Positions 20,752-30,589 of a DNA stretch of 64,000 bases are shown here, in pieces. This DNA is from an uncultured virus (IMG/VR IMGVR_UViG_3300020050_010858) (lineage: Duplodnaviria > Heunggongvirae > Uroviricota > Caudoviricetes): IMG/VR virus record IMGVR_UViG_3300020050_010858; one strand, 5' to 3'. Each line of letters begins with the position of its first letter. Within the stretch, counting starts at the first letter, position 1. Below the pieces are notes generated by a model. It saw only the letters and a list, made by a program, of their open reading frames with translations, had not been told where the DNA came from and searched no databases. The translations under genes and the position numbers were made by a program.

Positions 20752-21008
20752 CCACTGGAGAACATCCCCCCGGTAAGATCGATTTCTGGAATTACCGAAA
20801 CCGTACCCAGGAACACCGGCGCGCCGGTCGTGTAATCAAATACCTGTGAGACCATGAACGAAACGCCGTCCACGACAAGGTTCAGAATCTTAAACGCCCC
20901 GCGCTCACCATTTTTGCAGTTGAACATTTGCATGGTGTTTTCATTCACCGCCGGAAAAGTCAGAAGGTTTACGACGACCGCCGTTTCATTGTTTGCGAAG
21001 TATGCCAT
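20688..21008 (-). CDS. Small baseplate protein
   Basis: Synteny. Confidence 0.45.
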   Translation of the reverse strand: MAYFANNETAVVVNLLTFPAVNENTMQMFNCKNGERGAFKILNLVVDGVSFMVSQVFDYTTGAPVFLGTVSVIPEIDLTGGMFSSGCFCTGDPMAAGVTFFQVDYV

Positions 21009-21011
21009 ACG

Positions 21012-21716
21012 TTAAATGGCCCCCTTTACGATTCGCCCGGCGGTCGCTACGGAAGACCCAACCCCCGGACCAAGTAACTGATTCGCCAGATTTTCAACAA
21101 CCGACGTTGCACTTCCGAAAGATGTCTTATTTAAAAGTTCCTTCAGGGTTATCGTAACAGTGCAACCCCTTTCAGCCTCGCCCTTGACGGGCTCGATGCT
21201 TTCAATGTACCAGGATGACGAAAGGTAAGAACTGCGAATAGAGAAAGCGCTTAACGGCATGTAAAGATTGACCGCAAAAATTGGCTGGAAACCATCTTTC
21301 ATATTTTGAAGGGTTAATAACTGAGACGTTACAAAACTAGAAGAAACCCCGGTCAAGTTCAGCGCTTCAAAACTTCCGCTGTTGCCAAAAAGCGAGTTAG
21401 CAACATTTGAAATTTGCTGCACAAGTTTTGTGACCTGTACGGTTTGCTGGTTTTTTGCGGCGGGAGTTTCAGAAATGATAAACTCGAAAGAATAAGCACC
21501 AGGGTTACGCGCGGACTTCATAACTAAATCGCCGTCAGTGATCGGCATTCCCGTTATCTGACTTGTGCTTCGCGCGTGTTCCGTGGTTGAAACACCGATT
21601 ACGAAAGACGGGAACGGGTTCACTTTTGAAGGCAAACCGATAATGACAGGGAGGCCTGTAATCCCCTGGCTTGCAGCACCCAGCGAGGCTTGAGGATCGA
21701 ACGTTAAATTTGCCAT
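21012..21716 (-). CDS. Tail tube initiator / Dit-like baseplate protein
   Basis: TEH...SQIT.MPI.DG motif directly after tape measure. Confidence 0.55.
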   Translation of the reverse strand: MANLTFDPQASLGAASQGITGLPVIIGLPSKVNPFPSFVIGVSTTEHARSTSQITGMPITDGDLVMKSARNPGAYSFEFIISETPAAKNQQTVQVTKLVQQISNVANSLFGNSGSFEALNLTGVSSSFVTSQLLTLQNMKDGFQPIFAVNLYMPLSAFSIRSSYLSSSWYIESIEPVKGEAERGCTVTITLKELLNKTSFGSATSVVENLANQLLGPGVGSSVATAGRIVKGAI

Positions 21717-22825
21717 TAGTCTATCAGTCTCCGGGCACCGCTCGCCGAGGGGGATTTTACAAAGTCTGCAAACTCTACGCTGCGCAGTTTTTTAGAAAGA
21801 TCCCGCAACGCAGTGATGAGCGAGCCTGCCGCGTCGGCCAGCCCCTGGTCAATTTCGTTTTGGGTTTCCTGTATCGCCTTTGCGTTACTAATCCGCTTCA
21901 TGTCCTTCCCGCTTTCGCCATAAAGTAAGCGAGATTCTCTCTGGCGGTTCAAGTCGTCGAATTCAGTATTGGTTGCACGGATTCCCGCGTCGTTCTGTTT
22001 GAAGCGGTCTGCGTCCGGAATCATTGTCCAGAGCTGGGGCATCAGTTCCTTTTTAGCGGAAGGGGGTAAGTTTTGCAGGCTGTTAGCAATCTTCTGCATG
22101 AAAAAACCTTGATCGGTTCCGAGGGCTTCAAAATTTCCTTGAGCTATAGCGGTCGTTTGTTTCACGTCGTACGGGTTGTCTCGCGTGCCGTACAAAGTGC
22201 GAACCGCGTCCTTAAATTCTAATGAAAACTTTCCGTACTGCGATCCAAGTGCTTCAATAATCCCCCGTTGCTCATTGGTTGAAATATCCCCGCGAGATTT
22301 GAAAGGCGTCTTATCCCCTCCACGTAAAAATTGTTCGTCCCCTGCGTAATTCGCGGCGGTATTGAGAGCATCCTTAGTATCGGCATAACCTTGCGCCGCC
22401 GCTTTGATCTTGTCTTTGAACGTGAGGGCCGCTTGCCCCATTGTAGCAAGCACGCCGGAAACCCCGAACGATACCAGGTTAAGCGCATTCCCGAGCCCTG
22501 CGAGTAGCGCGCCCGTGTCGAGCGAGGCCGCGCCCTGAAAAGCCTGGTTGGCAGACTGACGAAACTCTTTCGCGTAATCGTGTTTTTCAGATTTGTCTTT
22601 TCCGCTGTCCTTGTCATCGGGTTTCGGTGGCGGTTTCGTGGGTTCCGTATAAGACAGCGGGCGGTTTTCTGCTAACTCCTGACCGGTGACGCCCTTTGTC
22701 GTACTGATCGCCATACGCACGTTAGAAATCTGCGCGACGCGCTTTTTGATTTCCTGAATCTGCTTGAGCTGACGAAGCACAAGGTCAGAACCCTTAATCC
22801 CTAACTGTAGAATTTCAGTAATCAA
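21716..22825 (-). CDS. Short tape measure protein
   Basis: Helical Ala/Gln-rich; follows tail chaperone. Confidence 0.55.
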   Translation of the reverse strand: MITEILQLGIKGSDLVLRQLKQIQEIKKRVAQISNVRMAISTTKGVTGQELAENRPLSYTEPTKPPPKPDDKDSGKDKSEKHDYAKEFRQSANQAFQGAASLDTGALLAGLGNALNLVSFGVSGVLATMGQAALTFKDKIKAAAQGYADTKDALNTAANYAGDEQFLRGGDKTPFKSRGDISTNEQRGIIEALGSQYGKFSLEFKDAVRTLYGTRDNPYDVKQTTAIAQGNFEALGTDQGFFMQKIANSLQNLPPSAKKELMPQLWTMIPDADRFKQNDAGIRATNTEFDDLNRQRESRLLYGESGKDMKRISNAKAIQETQNEIDQGLADAAGSLITALRDLSKKLRSVEFADFVKSPSASGARRLID

Positions 22826-22979
22826 GAATTACCCCGGCGGGCGTTGAGCCAGCGAAAGTAGATTTCCCTGAGCTGTCGTATTTTAAGGGAGCGCATTTCC
22901 GTTACTGATATTACCCGATGGATAACAAGTGCCGTCAAGTCCATTCCAGCCGAAACCAGACGACCCGTTTCCGGGTCTC

Positions 22980-23456
22980 CTAAGTTAAGAAAGTCTGAAA
23001 AAAAAACCGGTCTGCCACCTTTTCTAAAATGCGGATCTCATCCACTTTCAGCGTGCCAGTTCTTACGCTCACGTTTTCCCCGTTTTTGTAAACGCATCTT
23101 TGCGCGTCCAGCTCCAGGAACCCATCAAGAACGCTTTTTTCGATTGCCTGGCACAGCTTGAGCGGGTCGGTCGGTTCGGTAAGGGTGTACAGGTCTTTTC
23201 CGTACTCGAAAGAAACTTTCTCTTCTTCAAGTTCTTTCACTTCTACAATGAGACACACGCTCATCTTACGCTGAAGGCGCGCAAGCTGGGCATTCTTTGA
23301 CCTGAACACTTCAGCAAAATCTTTCTCTTCTTCTGAAGGGAGAAAGGCTTTTACTTTCTTGAATTCGGATTTCGAAAGCTTCTTTTCGTCTACGTCAAAA
23401 AGCTTTTCAGTAAACGAGGCCTTCGAAACCCGAATCAGTTTGTCAAAAACTTTCAC
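22980..23456 (-). CDS. Tail assembly chaperone; -1 frameshift extension to 22822
   Basis: T9 slippery run before the stop; -1 frame open up to the tape measure start. Confidence 0.7.
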   Translation of the reverse strand: MKVFDKLIRVSKASFTEKLFDVDEKKLSKSEFKKVKAFLPSEEEKDFAEVFRSKNAQLARLQRKMSVCLIVEVKELEEEKVSFEYGKDLYTLTEPTDPLKLCQAIEKSVLDGFLELDAQRCVYKNGENVSVRTGTLKVDEIRILEKVADRFFFQTFLT

Positions 23457-23457
23457 G

Positions 23458-23931
23458 TTATGACACCGGGTTTCCCGCCGCGTTAAGGATGCTCAGATTC
23501 ATGTAGTGAAAATTGAATTTCACCGTGGCAATGTCGTTACTGATAACGCGCGCCGGGTGATTCATGAATTTGCAATCCTGGTGCAAATACGTCCTGACTT
23601 CTGAGGAATCTTGATCATTCCGTTGATATGTAAAAGCAAGGTCAAACATTGGCTGAGGGTTACGGAGCGCCCAGCCTTGCAGCTTGTCCGCTTCCGGCCC
23701 GTCAAAAATTGTTAGATCACGTTTACCCGATACTGCAAAAATATCGATGTACTGGCCGGTGGCCCCGTCATTTGACATAAAGGGGCGCGCGCGGTCTTTA
23801 GTCGGTTGCGCTTCCCCTAAAATTTCTTCTTCGTTAAAAAACGTGTCCGCGCTAAAAGTGATTGGCGCAAGACCCGGAGTCGTCGGGGTCATCGTGACCG
23901 TGACAGTTGCAAAGTTCATTGATGTTGACAT
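23458..23931 (-). CDS. Tail tube protein
   Basis: Follows sheath; size. Confidence 0.65.
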   Translation of the reverse strand: MSTSMNFATVTVTMTPTTPGLAPITFSADTFFNEEEILGEAQPTKDRARPFMSNDGATGQYIDIFAVSGKRDLTIFDGPEADKLQGWALRNPQPMFDLAFTYQRNDQDSSEVRTYLHQDCKFMNHPARVISNDIATVKFNFHYMNLSILNAAGNPVS

Positions 23932-23962
23932 TCTGTTTTCCTCCCTCTACCTTTCTAACTCG

Positions 23963-25132
23963 TTACGCCGGATACGTGAAGTTAATCGTCACGTAGTGAG
24001 CTGCACCAAAACGCAGAATCGAAGCGAACACCGTCCCGCTTGGCCAGACTCCGGTTTGTCTCCAGTTAGGCGAACGGATCGTTACTTGAACCGCCGTCAG
24101 GCAGCCTGCATTAAACGCAGGGGAATTGTCTTCGTTTGATAGAATCAGATTCAAGTCGAAACAATCCCTGAGCCCCTTACGCACGATAGCGAGTAACGTT
24201 CTAATGCCTGAGTCGTCATTGGGCAAGCCTTCCTGACCGGCGGCCTGCAAGGTGTTGTGAATCAAAACGTAAGTGTAGTCTTCGATATAATCCCCGGCGA
24301 GAACCGTTTCCACCTGATCAGTAGTCGGCGGGTTTACATCGCTGTTCATTTGTGTATCATACACGAATAGCGAGCCCGCACGGTCCTTCGCTCCGTTGTA
24401 CTGCGCAAGGCTATTGTTCGCAATGTCAGAGCGCGTGGAATTCGAATAAGTGTCGCTGTCAATCAATTCGAAGTCATGCGCGTCAGACAGAGAACCCCAC
24501 GAACGCGAAATCGCCGGGCCGTTAATGCAATAGCTCGCCCACGCAATCGCGATATTGTCGTAAACGGTTTGCGCAGTGATTGTCGATTTTGAATCTGAAA
24601 CGATCGTCAAGAAACCGTTGTCAGAATTGATCGAGCCGCCCAGAAGTAGTTTGGCCGGCAGTTCTTCGCCTTCTTCCATTGAGTAGGTGTGCAAAACTAC
24701 TTTCTTGTGTGACCTGACACCCCATTCCGCGATGACTTCAAGGTCTACAAAATACGGGTAGGCGTCGCCGCCATCCCCGCCCCCGTTGTAACGGTCGACA
24801 AGCGTTATGATCGACCACGCGCGCGGGTCGCGGTTTGCGTCGTTCAGTGCAGCGCTTGTCACGCCGTCCGGGTCCGACAAAATGTAAACGTAAGTGTAAG
24901 CGTAGCTTTGCGCGAAACAAACGCGCAAAGCATTGATGAGGCCCAGGCTGGTCGCGTTTGTCTCTGCGAAAGTATCTTCATCGGTAGAATTGATTTTAAT
25001 CAATCCGGTTTCCGGGTCTGGCGTGTAGCCGGTCACTTCTTCCCGCGTTACGAGCAGGAGCGAACGGGTCAGCGCGGGTAGTGTCCCCTGGGTTGCGACT
25101 GACTGAATCGTAATAAATTCGGCGTTAGACAT
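23963..25132 (-). CDS. Tail sheath protein (DUF3383-like)
   Basis: Synteny; C-terminal GAAHYVTI pattern. Confidence 0.65.
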   Translation of the reverse strand: MSNAEFITIQSVATQGTLPALTRSLLLVTREEVTGYTPDPETGLIKINSTDEDTFAETNATSLGLINALRVCFAQSYAYTYVYILSDPDGVTSAALNDANRDPRAWSIITLVDRYNGGGDGGDAYPYFVDLEVIAEWGVRSHKKVVLHTYSMEEGEELPAKLLLGGSINSDNGFLTIVSDSKSTITAQTVYDNIAIAWASYCINGPAISRSWGSLSDAHDFELIDSDTYSNSTRSDIANNSLAQYNGAKDRAGSLFVYDTQMNSDVNPPTTDQVETVLAGDYIEDYTYVLIHNTLQAAGQEGLPNDDSGIRTLLAIVRKGLRDCFDLNLILSNEDNSPAFNAGCLTAVQVTIRSPNWRQTGVWPSGTVFASILRFGAAHYVTINFTYPA

Positions 25133-25141
25133 TTTATTCTC

Positions 25142-25714
25142 CTATCGGGCAGTGTAAGCAATTGCAATATCGAGATCAGTAGAGATCCCCGGGTCTGGCG
25201 TTCTGACAGGGTAAGCACAGACGGCGGCCATTTCGGCAATCATGACGGCTTTCGGAACCGGCGCACCGGAGACCATAGAAAAAGACGGGTCTTCTCTCAA
25301 GCGTAGCAAATCCGCTATAGTGACAGTCTGTTCCGTATTTTCGTCAATCCTTAAAAAGACGTTCAGCGAAATGTCAGAAAAAGCCATTCGCGCTAAGTGG
25401 TACGGCAACCATTGCTCCGTATCATTTTGGATTTCAGTTTCCGGGGATGTGAAAAACGAAAGCTGATATTCAAACCTTGTGTATATCCCGCCCGCGTCTG
25501 AAGTCCAGCCCGACGGTCGCGGATTCATGATAAAGGATTGCATGTAAGGGTAACGAGGGGCGACCGTTTGACTTTTGGTAACGGCCTGAAGCGTTTTTGG
25601 ATCTACTCCAAATTTGATAACGGGACAGTTTACGCCTTGCGCGGTCAAGAAAGCATTGAGCGCCGCATTGAGGGCATAATACTTTTCCGTAATTGTCTGG
25701 GGCGCTAAACTCAC
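25142..25714 (-). CDS. Tail terminator/neck protein
   Basis: Synteny. Confidence 0.45.
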   Translation of the reverse strand: MSLAPQTITEKYYALNAALNAFLTAQGVNCPVIKFGVDPKTLQAVTKSQTVAPRYPYMQSFIMNPRPSGWTSDAGGIYTRFEYQLSFFTSPETEIQNDTEQWLPYHLARMAFSDISLNVFLRIDENTEQTVTIADLLRLREDPSFSMVSGAPVPKAVMIAEMAAVCAYPVRTPDPGISTDLDIAIAYTAR

Positions 25715-26085
25715 GGTGAGTAAGTGCCCCCGTCACTGCCAAGTCCTGGCACGTCTGCAATCATTACGGTTACGTTTTCTTCCACGGTGTATTGAACGAC
25801 TTTTAGCAGTGTCCCGTCTGCCCTGATTATGCGGTCAGGAATTTTTACGAGTTCGCCCACGATTGCAATAGAAACCCCTTGCTGTAAGGTTATGCCTGCC
25901 ATTGCAAGACGCGTGATTTCAGACTGAACGAGGGCTACCACGCGCGCGAATGCCTGGGATTCGACGGGCTGAGGGTTGTATGACCCGTCACCGTTCGCCA
26001 CAGGTTCCTGCGTTATCAAAGTAATTTCTTCGGACACGTTGCGCCCGATTGCGTACGAAAGTAAATCTCTGGTAATCGCTCCCAT
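25711..26085 (-). CDS. Head closure protein
   Basis: Synteny. Confidence 0.45.
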   Translation of the reverse strand: MGAITRDLLSYAIGRNVSEEITLITQEPVANGDGSYNPQPVESQAFARVVALVQSEITRLAMAGITLQQGVSIAIVGELVKIPDRIIRADGTLLKVVQYTVEENVTVMIADVPGLGSDGGTYSP

Positions 26086-26091
26086 CGTGTG

Positions 26092-26394
26092 CTATCTCAT
26101 GAAAGCGTTTTGCCTGCGCGAGGCCATACGCCGGCGATAACGCTCCGGGTCATTCAGGGAAAAGCTGGTTGAAACTCCCTGAGATTGTACAGAAGAGATT
26201 TCCGGGAATTTATTGTCTATGGCTAAAAGATGACAGGTAGTGTCCAGAATTTGAGCGACGTAATCGTCAGGGCTGTAAAAAGACGGGCTCACGTCTCGGC
26301 CCGCCTCCGTAATGTAAAGGAGTAAGTCCGCATCGGTTACAGCGGGATTCTGTAACCGTATGCGGACTTCATCAAGGTAAAGCGTCGGGTCCAT
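26092..26394 (-). CDS. Head-tail adaptor
   Basis: ISS.S.GVS.SF motif directly after the capsid gene. Confidence 0.6.
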   Translation of the reverse strand: MDPTLYLDEVRIRLQNPAVTDADLLLYITEAGRDVSPSFYSPDDYVAQILDTTCHLLAIDNKFPEISSVQSQGVSTSFSLNDPERYRRRMASRRQNAFMR

Positions 26395-26403
26395 TACCCC
26401 CCG

Positions 26404-27909
26404 TTATGACGCTTTGCTGAATTCCATAATGAACGCCCCGCCGTACTGCATGACCATTGGCCCGCCGAACAGGTATTCACTACGGAAATTCATAATCGCA
26501 GGCGAAACGTTTTCGCTTGAGATAATCGGCATTGCAGTTTGCCCCGGCATGATTACCGGTTTGTTTTCGGAACGGCAACCCATCGCAATCAATACCATGT
26601 AGTTGTATTCGTTACTTTGACCGTTTCCAATGTCTGCGCCATAGTTCAGAAGCGAAGAAGGGAGGACCGTAATTTTCTGCACGATCTTTCCAGCCGTTGC
26701 ACTCTGAACCATTTCCTGAAGTTGCTTGTTGAAAGTTCCAGAACCTGGATACTTAACAGCGAGTGCATACCAGGTTGACGGAACATAAAGCACCCATTCA
26801 CGCGGTGCAAAGTCTACGTTCTGCTGTGCTGGTAATTGGAACAACCGGATCAAATCCGCATACATTAACGCAGGGTCTCCCGACGCCGGCAATTGCTGGT
26901 TCGCAGGAGCCAGGAAAAGCTTGTTCTGGATTTGCTGAATCAATGTCGTCGGAGCCGCGCGCCAGTCTGCCCCGGTTGCAACCGATGGAGAAGCCGCGTC
27001 CCAGTCACTCAGTTGAAGCCGAATGTCGTCGGACAGAAGCCCGTAAGATCCGCCAATGCCCGGAAGGTAATTTCCCGCCGCACGTTGACCGCCTACAAAA
27101 GCAAGTTCGGCAAGCTTCATTACTTGCTTAATGCCCGCTCCGAAGTAACGGTTTTGCAGAATGAACCCGCCAAGCGCCGGGCTTACCGCTTGCGCGTAGC
27201 CGAGAACCTGGTCACGCATCGCTTGCGTAATCGAGAACACTGTGTCCAGCGTGATCGCGTCTTTGAACTCATTGTACAGGTCAATTTGCGTACGATTATT
27301 ATCGTCGCGCATACTTGACGATGGGTTGATGTCTCCTTGCGTTACTTTCGCCGAACCTGTCACGGATTCAACAGGCGCACGGAAACGAGACTTGGCAAGA
27401 CCGGTCGCACCTGGTTCAAGTGGAACCGCGAACGCATCGCCGTAACTCTGGAAAGCTTCCATGAACGTTTGTTCCTGGTAGAGCTGCCCGGCAAGCAGGT
27501 TCAGGTTTCCGAAATGATCGAAAACCGGATTACCCGCAAGCGAGTTAAAAGCAGACTCGACAGCCTTTTCAGGTGTGAGACCGTTTTTAACGTACAGCGC
27601 TGCAAGTTCGCGCGAATCTCTAAGGAAAGATTCTCCGATCGATTGCATGTTGTCAATTGCTTCCGAACCACGGCCAAGCTCCGATTGCAGGGCGTTAAAG
27701 ACTTCGTTGTGTCTTGTGTGCCCTGGATCGGTAAGAGCCATCGCCATTTTCATTAGCTTCTGGTACATGCCCGGCGCGTTACGCGCGGACAAGAATTCTG
27801 CACTTTCGCCGGACCTGATTTTCTGGTCGGCGAGCGCATTGGCGGCGGTCAGAAAGTTTTTTACATTCTGCTCCGCCGGGTTTCCGTTAAGTCGTTTAAT
27901 GCCTTTCAT
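26404..27909 (-). CDS. Major capsid protein
   Basis: Position and size; AGGAG RBS before ATG at 27909. Confidence 0.65.
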   Translation of the reverse strand: MKGIKRLNGNPAEQNVKNFLTAANALADQKIRSGESAEFLSARNAPGMYQKLMKMAMALTDPGHTRHNEVFNALQSELGRGSEAIDNMQSIGESFLRDSRELAALYVKNGLTPEKAVESAFNSLAGNPVFDHFGNLNLLAGQLYQEQTFMEAFQSYGDAFAVPLEPGATGLAKSRFRAPVESVTGSAKVTQGDINPSSSMRDDNNRTQIDLYNEFKDAITLDTVFSITQAMRDQVLGYAQAVSPALGGFILQNRYFGAGIKQVMKLAELAFVGGQRAAGNYLPGIGGSYGLLSDDIRLQLSDWDAASPSVATGADWRAAPTTLIQQIQNKLFLAPANQQLPASGDPALMYADLIRLFQLPAQQNVDFAPREWVLYVPSTWYALAVKYPGSGTFNKQLQEMVQSATAGKIVQKITVLPSSLLNYGADIGNGQSNEYNYMVLIAMGCRSENKPVIMPGQTAMPIISSENVSPAIMNFRSEYLFGGPMVMQYGGAFIMEFSKAS

Positions 27910-27935
27910 GTTATAGCCTGTTACTCCTTTTCTCG

Positions 27936-28478
27936 TTATGGCTTGAGTGGTGTGTAAAGTTTGTAGAAGACACAACCCTCAGTAAGCTGACCGGAAAGCT
28001 GATTTCCTGGCACTGCCTGAAACACAGAACCCAGAAGCGCAAGGTTGCCACCGCTCGAAACCGATGTGATACGACCGAGGCTATCGAGGTAAGCCGTATT
28101 GATTCCGTTTATCGGATCGTTTGAACCATCAACGTCAATCTGATAAACATCGTCTACGTCTGAAAGCACGGTAACGAGGTCTCCGTCTACAAACGTATTA
28201 ACGTCAGGCGCGATCGAAGCGAGCCCGCCGGATTGTAGCGCTTGTTCAAGAACACCCCAGCCAATGATAATATGGCTCGCGAGTGCAGTTCTTGAAATCA
28301 CTGCAAACATATTGAATTCGGCGTCTTGCTGAATTGAAACAATTCGACGATTGGTGACTTCAGTGTCGCCCGCATCGTCAGGGATTACCAGAGGCAAGCC
28401 CTGAATTCTTTTCGTGGACCATTGATAGGTTCCACTTTTTGGGTTTGTTGACCCGATCGTTTGTGGTGCAATAGGCAT
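27936..28478 (-). CDS. Capsid decoration/cement protein
   Basis: Between protease and capsid genes; strong RBS. Confidence 0.55.
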   Translation of the reverse strand: MPIAPQTIGSTNPKSGTYQWSTKRIQGLPLVIPDDAGDTEVTNRRIVSIQQDAEFNMFAVISRTALASHIIIGWGVLEQALQSGGLASIAPDVNTFVDGDLVTVLSDVDDVYQIDVDGSNDPINGINTAYLDSLGRITSVSSGGNLALLGSVFQAVPGNQLSGQLTEGCVFYKLYTPLKP

Positions 28479-28505
28479 TTTAAATTTCCTCCTGATTTCC
28501 CTTGA

Positions 28506-29891
28506 TTAGAACGTGCGAAGGATTCCGTCAATGCTTGACTCGGATTCCTTCCCGCTTGAATTCTTCACGCCTGCTAAAAGTTCGGTGCGTTTCGCATTGA
28601 GCGCGCCAATCAATTCAGCGTCGGTCGCTCCCGTTACGCCAACCAGTGACGCAAGGCCCTTGATTGTCGGAGCCGTCGGAAAAGTAATTCCAAGATGTTC
28701 AGAGAAATCTTTGAGCATCGCGTCAGACGGAAGCGCGTTTGCCGCATTGGCGGTTTCGTCTTTCTCTTCTTTCTTTTCGGTGTCTTCGTTTTTGGTCTCT
28801 TCTTTCTCTTCTTTTTTCTCGGCGTCTTCGTTCTTACCGCCCTTGTTCTCACCTGCGAGTTTTTCCATTACGTTATTCGTAATTTCATCAGTCAGCTTTT
28901 TGGCTTTGTCCTGTTCCTCATTGTAGGTGTTCATGTGACCTTTAAATTCATCGTAGTCCATGTTTTTCGCTCCGTTGTTTTTTGATTCGTCTTGATTTAA
29001 TCCAAGTTCTTTGCGTTTCGCTTCGTAATCCTTGTCCTTGTGCCAGGGCCCGGACTTCTCAGCTTCGCGTTTCAATTTTTCAATTTCCGCCGCTGACTTT
29101 CCTTTGTAGGCTTTTTCAAATCCGCCGACAGGAATCTTTTCCGAGTTTTCACTTTCAGGCTTATCAAGCGCATTCATCGCAAGCACAATGTTACGCGGGT
29201 CGCGCGGGTTCGGCAAAATTGCAAGATGATTGTTCACAGCCTTGCGAACTACTGCGTCATAAGGCTGGCCGTCTGGCGTCATGCCCGCTGTGTGATCTAC
29301 TTCCAGAAATGAAATGAAAGCAGACGTTCCAAAATCTGGTTTGTCTTTGTTGGCTTCGATGTATGCGATATTGTCTTCGCCGTGAACGACCCCGCGAATC
29401 TTTACGCGCTTCTCTTTTTCATCCCAGAAAGCTTTATTAGGCCAACCGTCAACGCCACGGTTAAATTCTGACGTGTTCTTTTCATGCGTTTCGATTTGCA
29501 GAGGCGAGCGCATAACGGTATCAAGATAATCTGGATCTTTGAGAGCTTCTTCGGAATAGTACAGGCGGGTTTCTTCAGGGTAGTCTTTTCCAAGCTCCCC
29601 GGGTTTGTAAGTCAGCACGGTTGCAGCAATTACAGGCAGTTCAATTTCTGCCGTCTTGACTTTCTGGTAAACAGCGGACGCGCCATTTTCAGCGGCCAGG
29701 GTTGGCGCTGCATTACGCGCTTCACCACGCTTCAAGGGCTTTTTAGGGTTTTGCAGAGATTGCACAAGTTGGATTGAGAAGTAGAAAATAGCGAGGCCTG
29801 TCACAACGCCAAAGATGTAAAAAACAGGGCTGAGAAGCGTGTCGGCCAATTCACACAGACAAAATGAGTTTTCCAGAATCGTGTCAATCAA
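28506..29891 (-). CDS. Prohead protease/scaffold (DUF2213-like)
   Basis: G.TPDG.PYDAV.R...NHLAIL..PR; acidic scaffold-like C-terminus. Confidence 0.75.
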   Translation of the reverse strand: MIDTILENSFCLCELADTLLSPVFYIFGVVTGLAIFYFSIQLVQSLQNPKKPLKRGEARNAAPTLAAENGASAVYQKVKTAEIELPVIAATVLTYKPGELGKDYPEETRLYYSEEALKDPDYLDTVMRSPLQIETHEKNTSEFNRGVDGWPNKAFWDEKEKRVKIRGVVHGEDNIAYIEANKDKPDFGTSAFISFLEVDHTAGMTPDGQPYDAVVRKAVNNHLAILPNPRDPRNIVLAMNALDKPESENSEKIPVGGFEKAYKGKSAAEIEKLKREAEKSGPWHKDKDYEAKRKELGLNQDESKNNGAKNMDYDEFKGHMNTYNEEQDKAKKLTDEITNNVMEKLAGENKGGKNEDAEKKEEKEETKNEDTEKKEEKDETANAANALPSDAMLKDFSEHLGITFPTAPTIKGLASLVGVTGATDAELIGALNAKRTELLAGVKNSSGKESESSIDGILRTF

Positions 29892-29899
29892 TTTTTACA

Positions 29900-30589
29900 C
29901 TACTCTTTTGCGATGAAATTCAAAAGCGGTTTTTTGTTCGAGGGCTTCTCATAACACCTGCAGCCCCAGTCTGTCCCCGGGTTTCCCGTGTGACGGTGCC
30001 CATATTTGTCTACAGTTGTCGGGGGGTTCAGGTAAGAGAAAGTTTTCCGATTCAAAACGCGGTGCGTTGGCCTGACGTCGCGGTCTTCCTGGCTCGTCCA
30101 ATCATAAGTATCACTGGTATCTGAAACCGCTGCATGATTCAAATCCCGGCCAAACTCAAAAGCAGAGTCCTCACCAATCTGAATTGCACGCGCTTCCAGG
30201 TTCTCGGCAAAAGAAACAACCGGGGCAACCCTGCCTTCCACGCGGCCACCCTGAAGCAATCGCAATACGTCCGTGCGCGTCTCCTGGTCCAGGTCTTCGA
30301 GTTTTTCGGTTAGCTTCCCTTTCTTGAGATCCGTAAGCGTGACCAGTTTGCGCGACGTTGTAACCTGGTCGGCAAACCAGCGATTGGAAAGGGTCTTAAT
30401 TCGTTGCAAGTTGAACGTGTAGCCCTGTTCCCTGAAATACGCAACAAGCTCTCTTTCATAACGTCGCCGGAAGTAATCCGCTTTATGCAAAAAATCATTT
30501 ACGTTCGCCCGATCGTACCAGGTATCTAAAGCGAGCTTACGAACTACTCGCCCATAAGACGGAGCGAGTCTTTCAAAAATATCAATCAT
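29900..30589 (-). CDS. Head morphogenesis protein (SPP1 gp7/Mu F)
   Basis: W.S.ED.DVRPTH...PG.DWGCRC. Confidence 0.85.
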   Translation of the reverse strand: MIDIFERLAPSYGRVVRKLALDTWYDRANVNDFLHKADYFRRRYERELVAYFREQGYTFNLQRIKTLSNRWFADQVTTSRKLVTLTDLKKGKLTEKLEDLDQETRTDVLRLLQGGRVEGRVAPVVSFAENLEARAIQIGEDSAFEFGRDLNHAAVSDTSDTYDWTSQEDRDVRPTHRVLNRKTFSYLNPPTTVDKYGHRHTGNPGTDWGCRCYEKPSNKKPLLNFIAKE

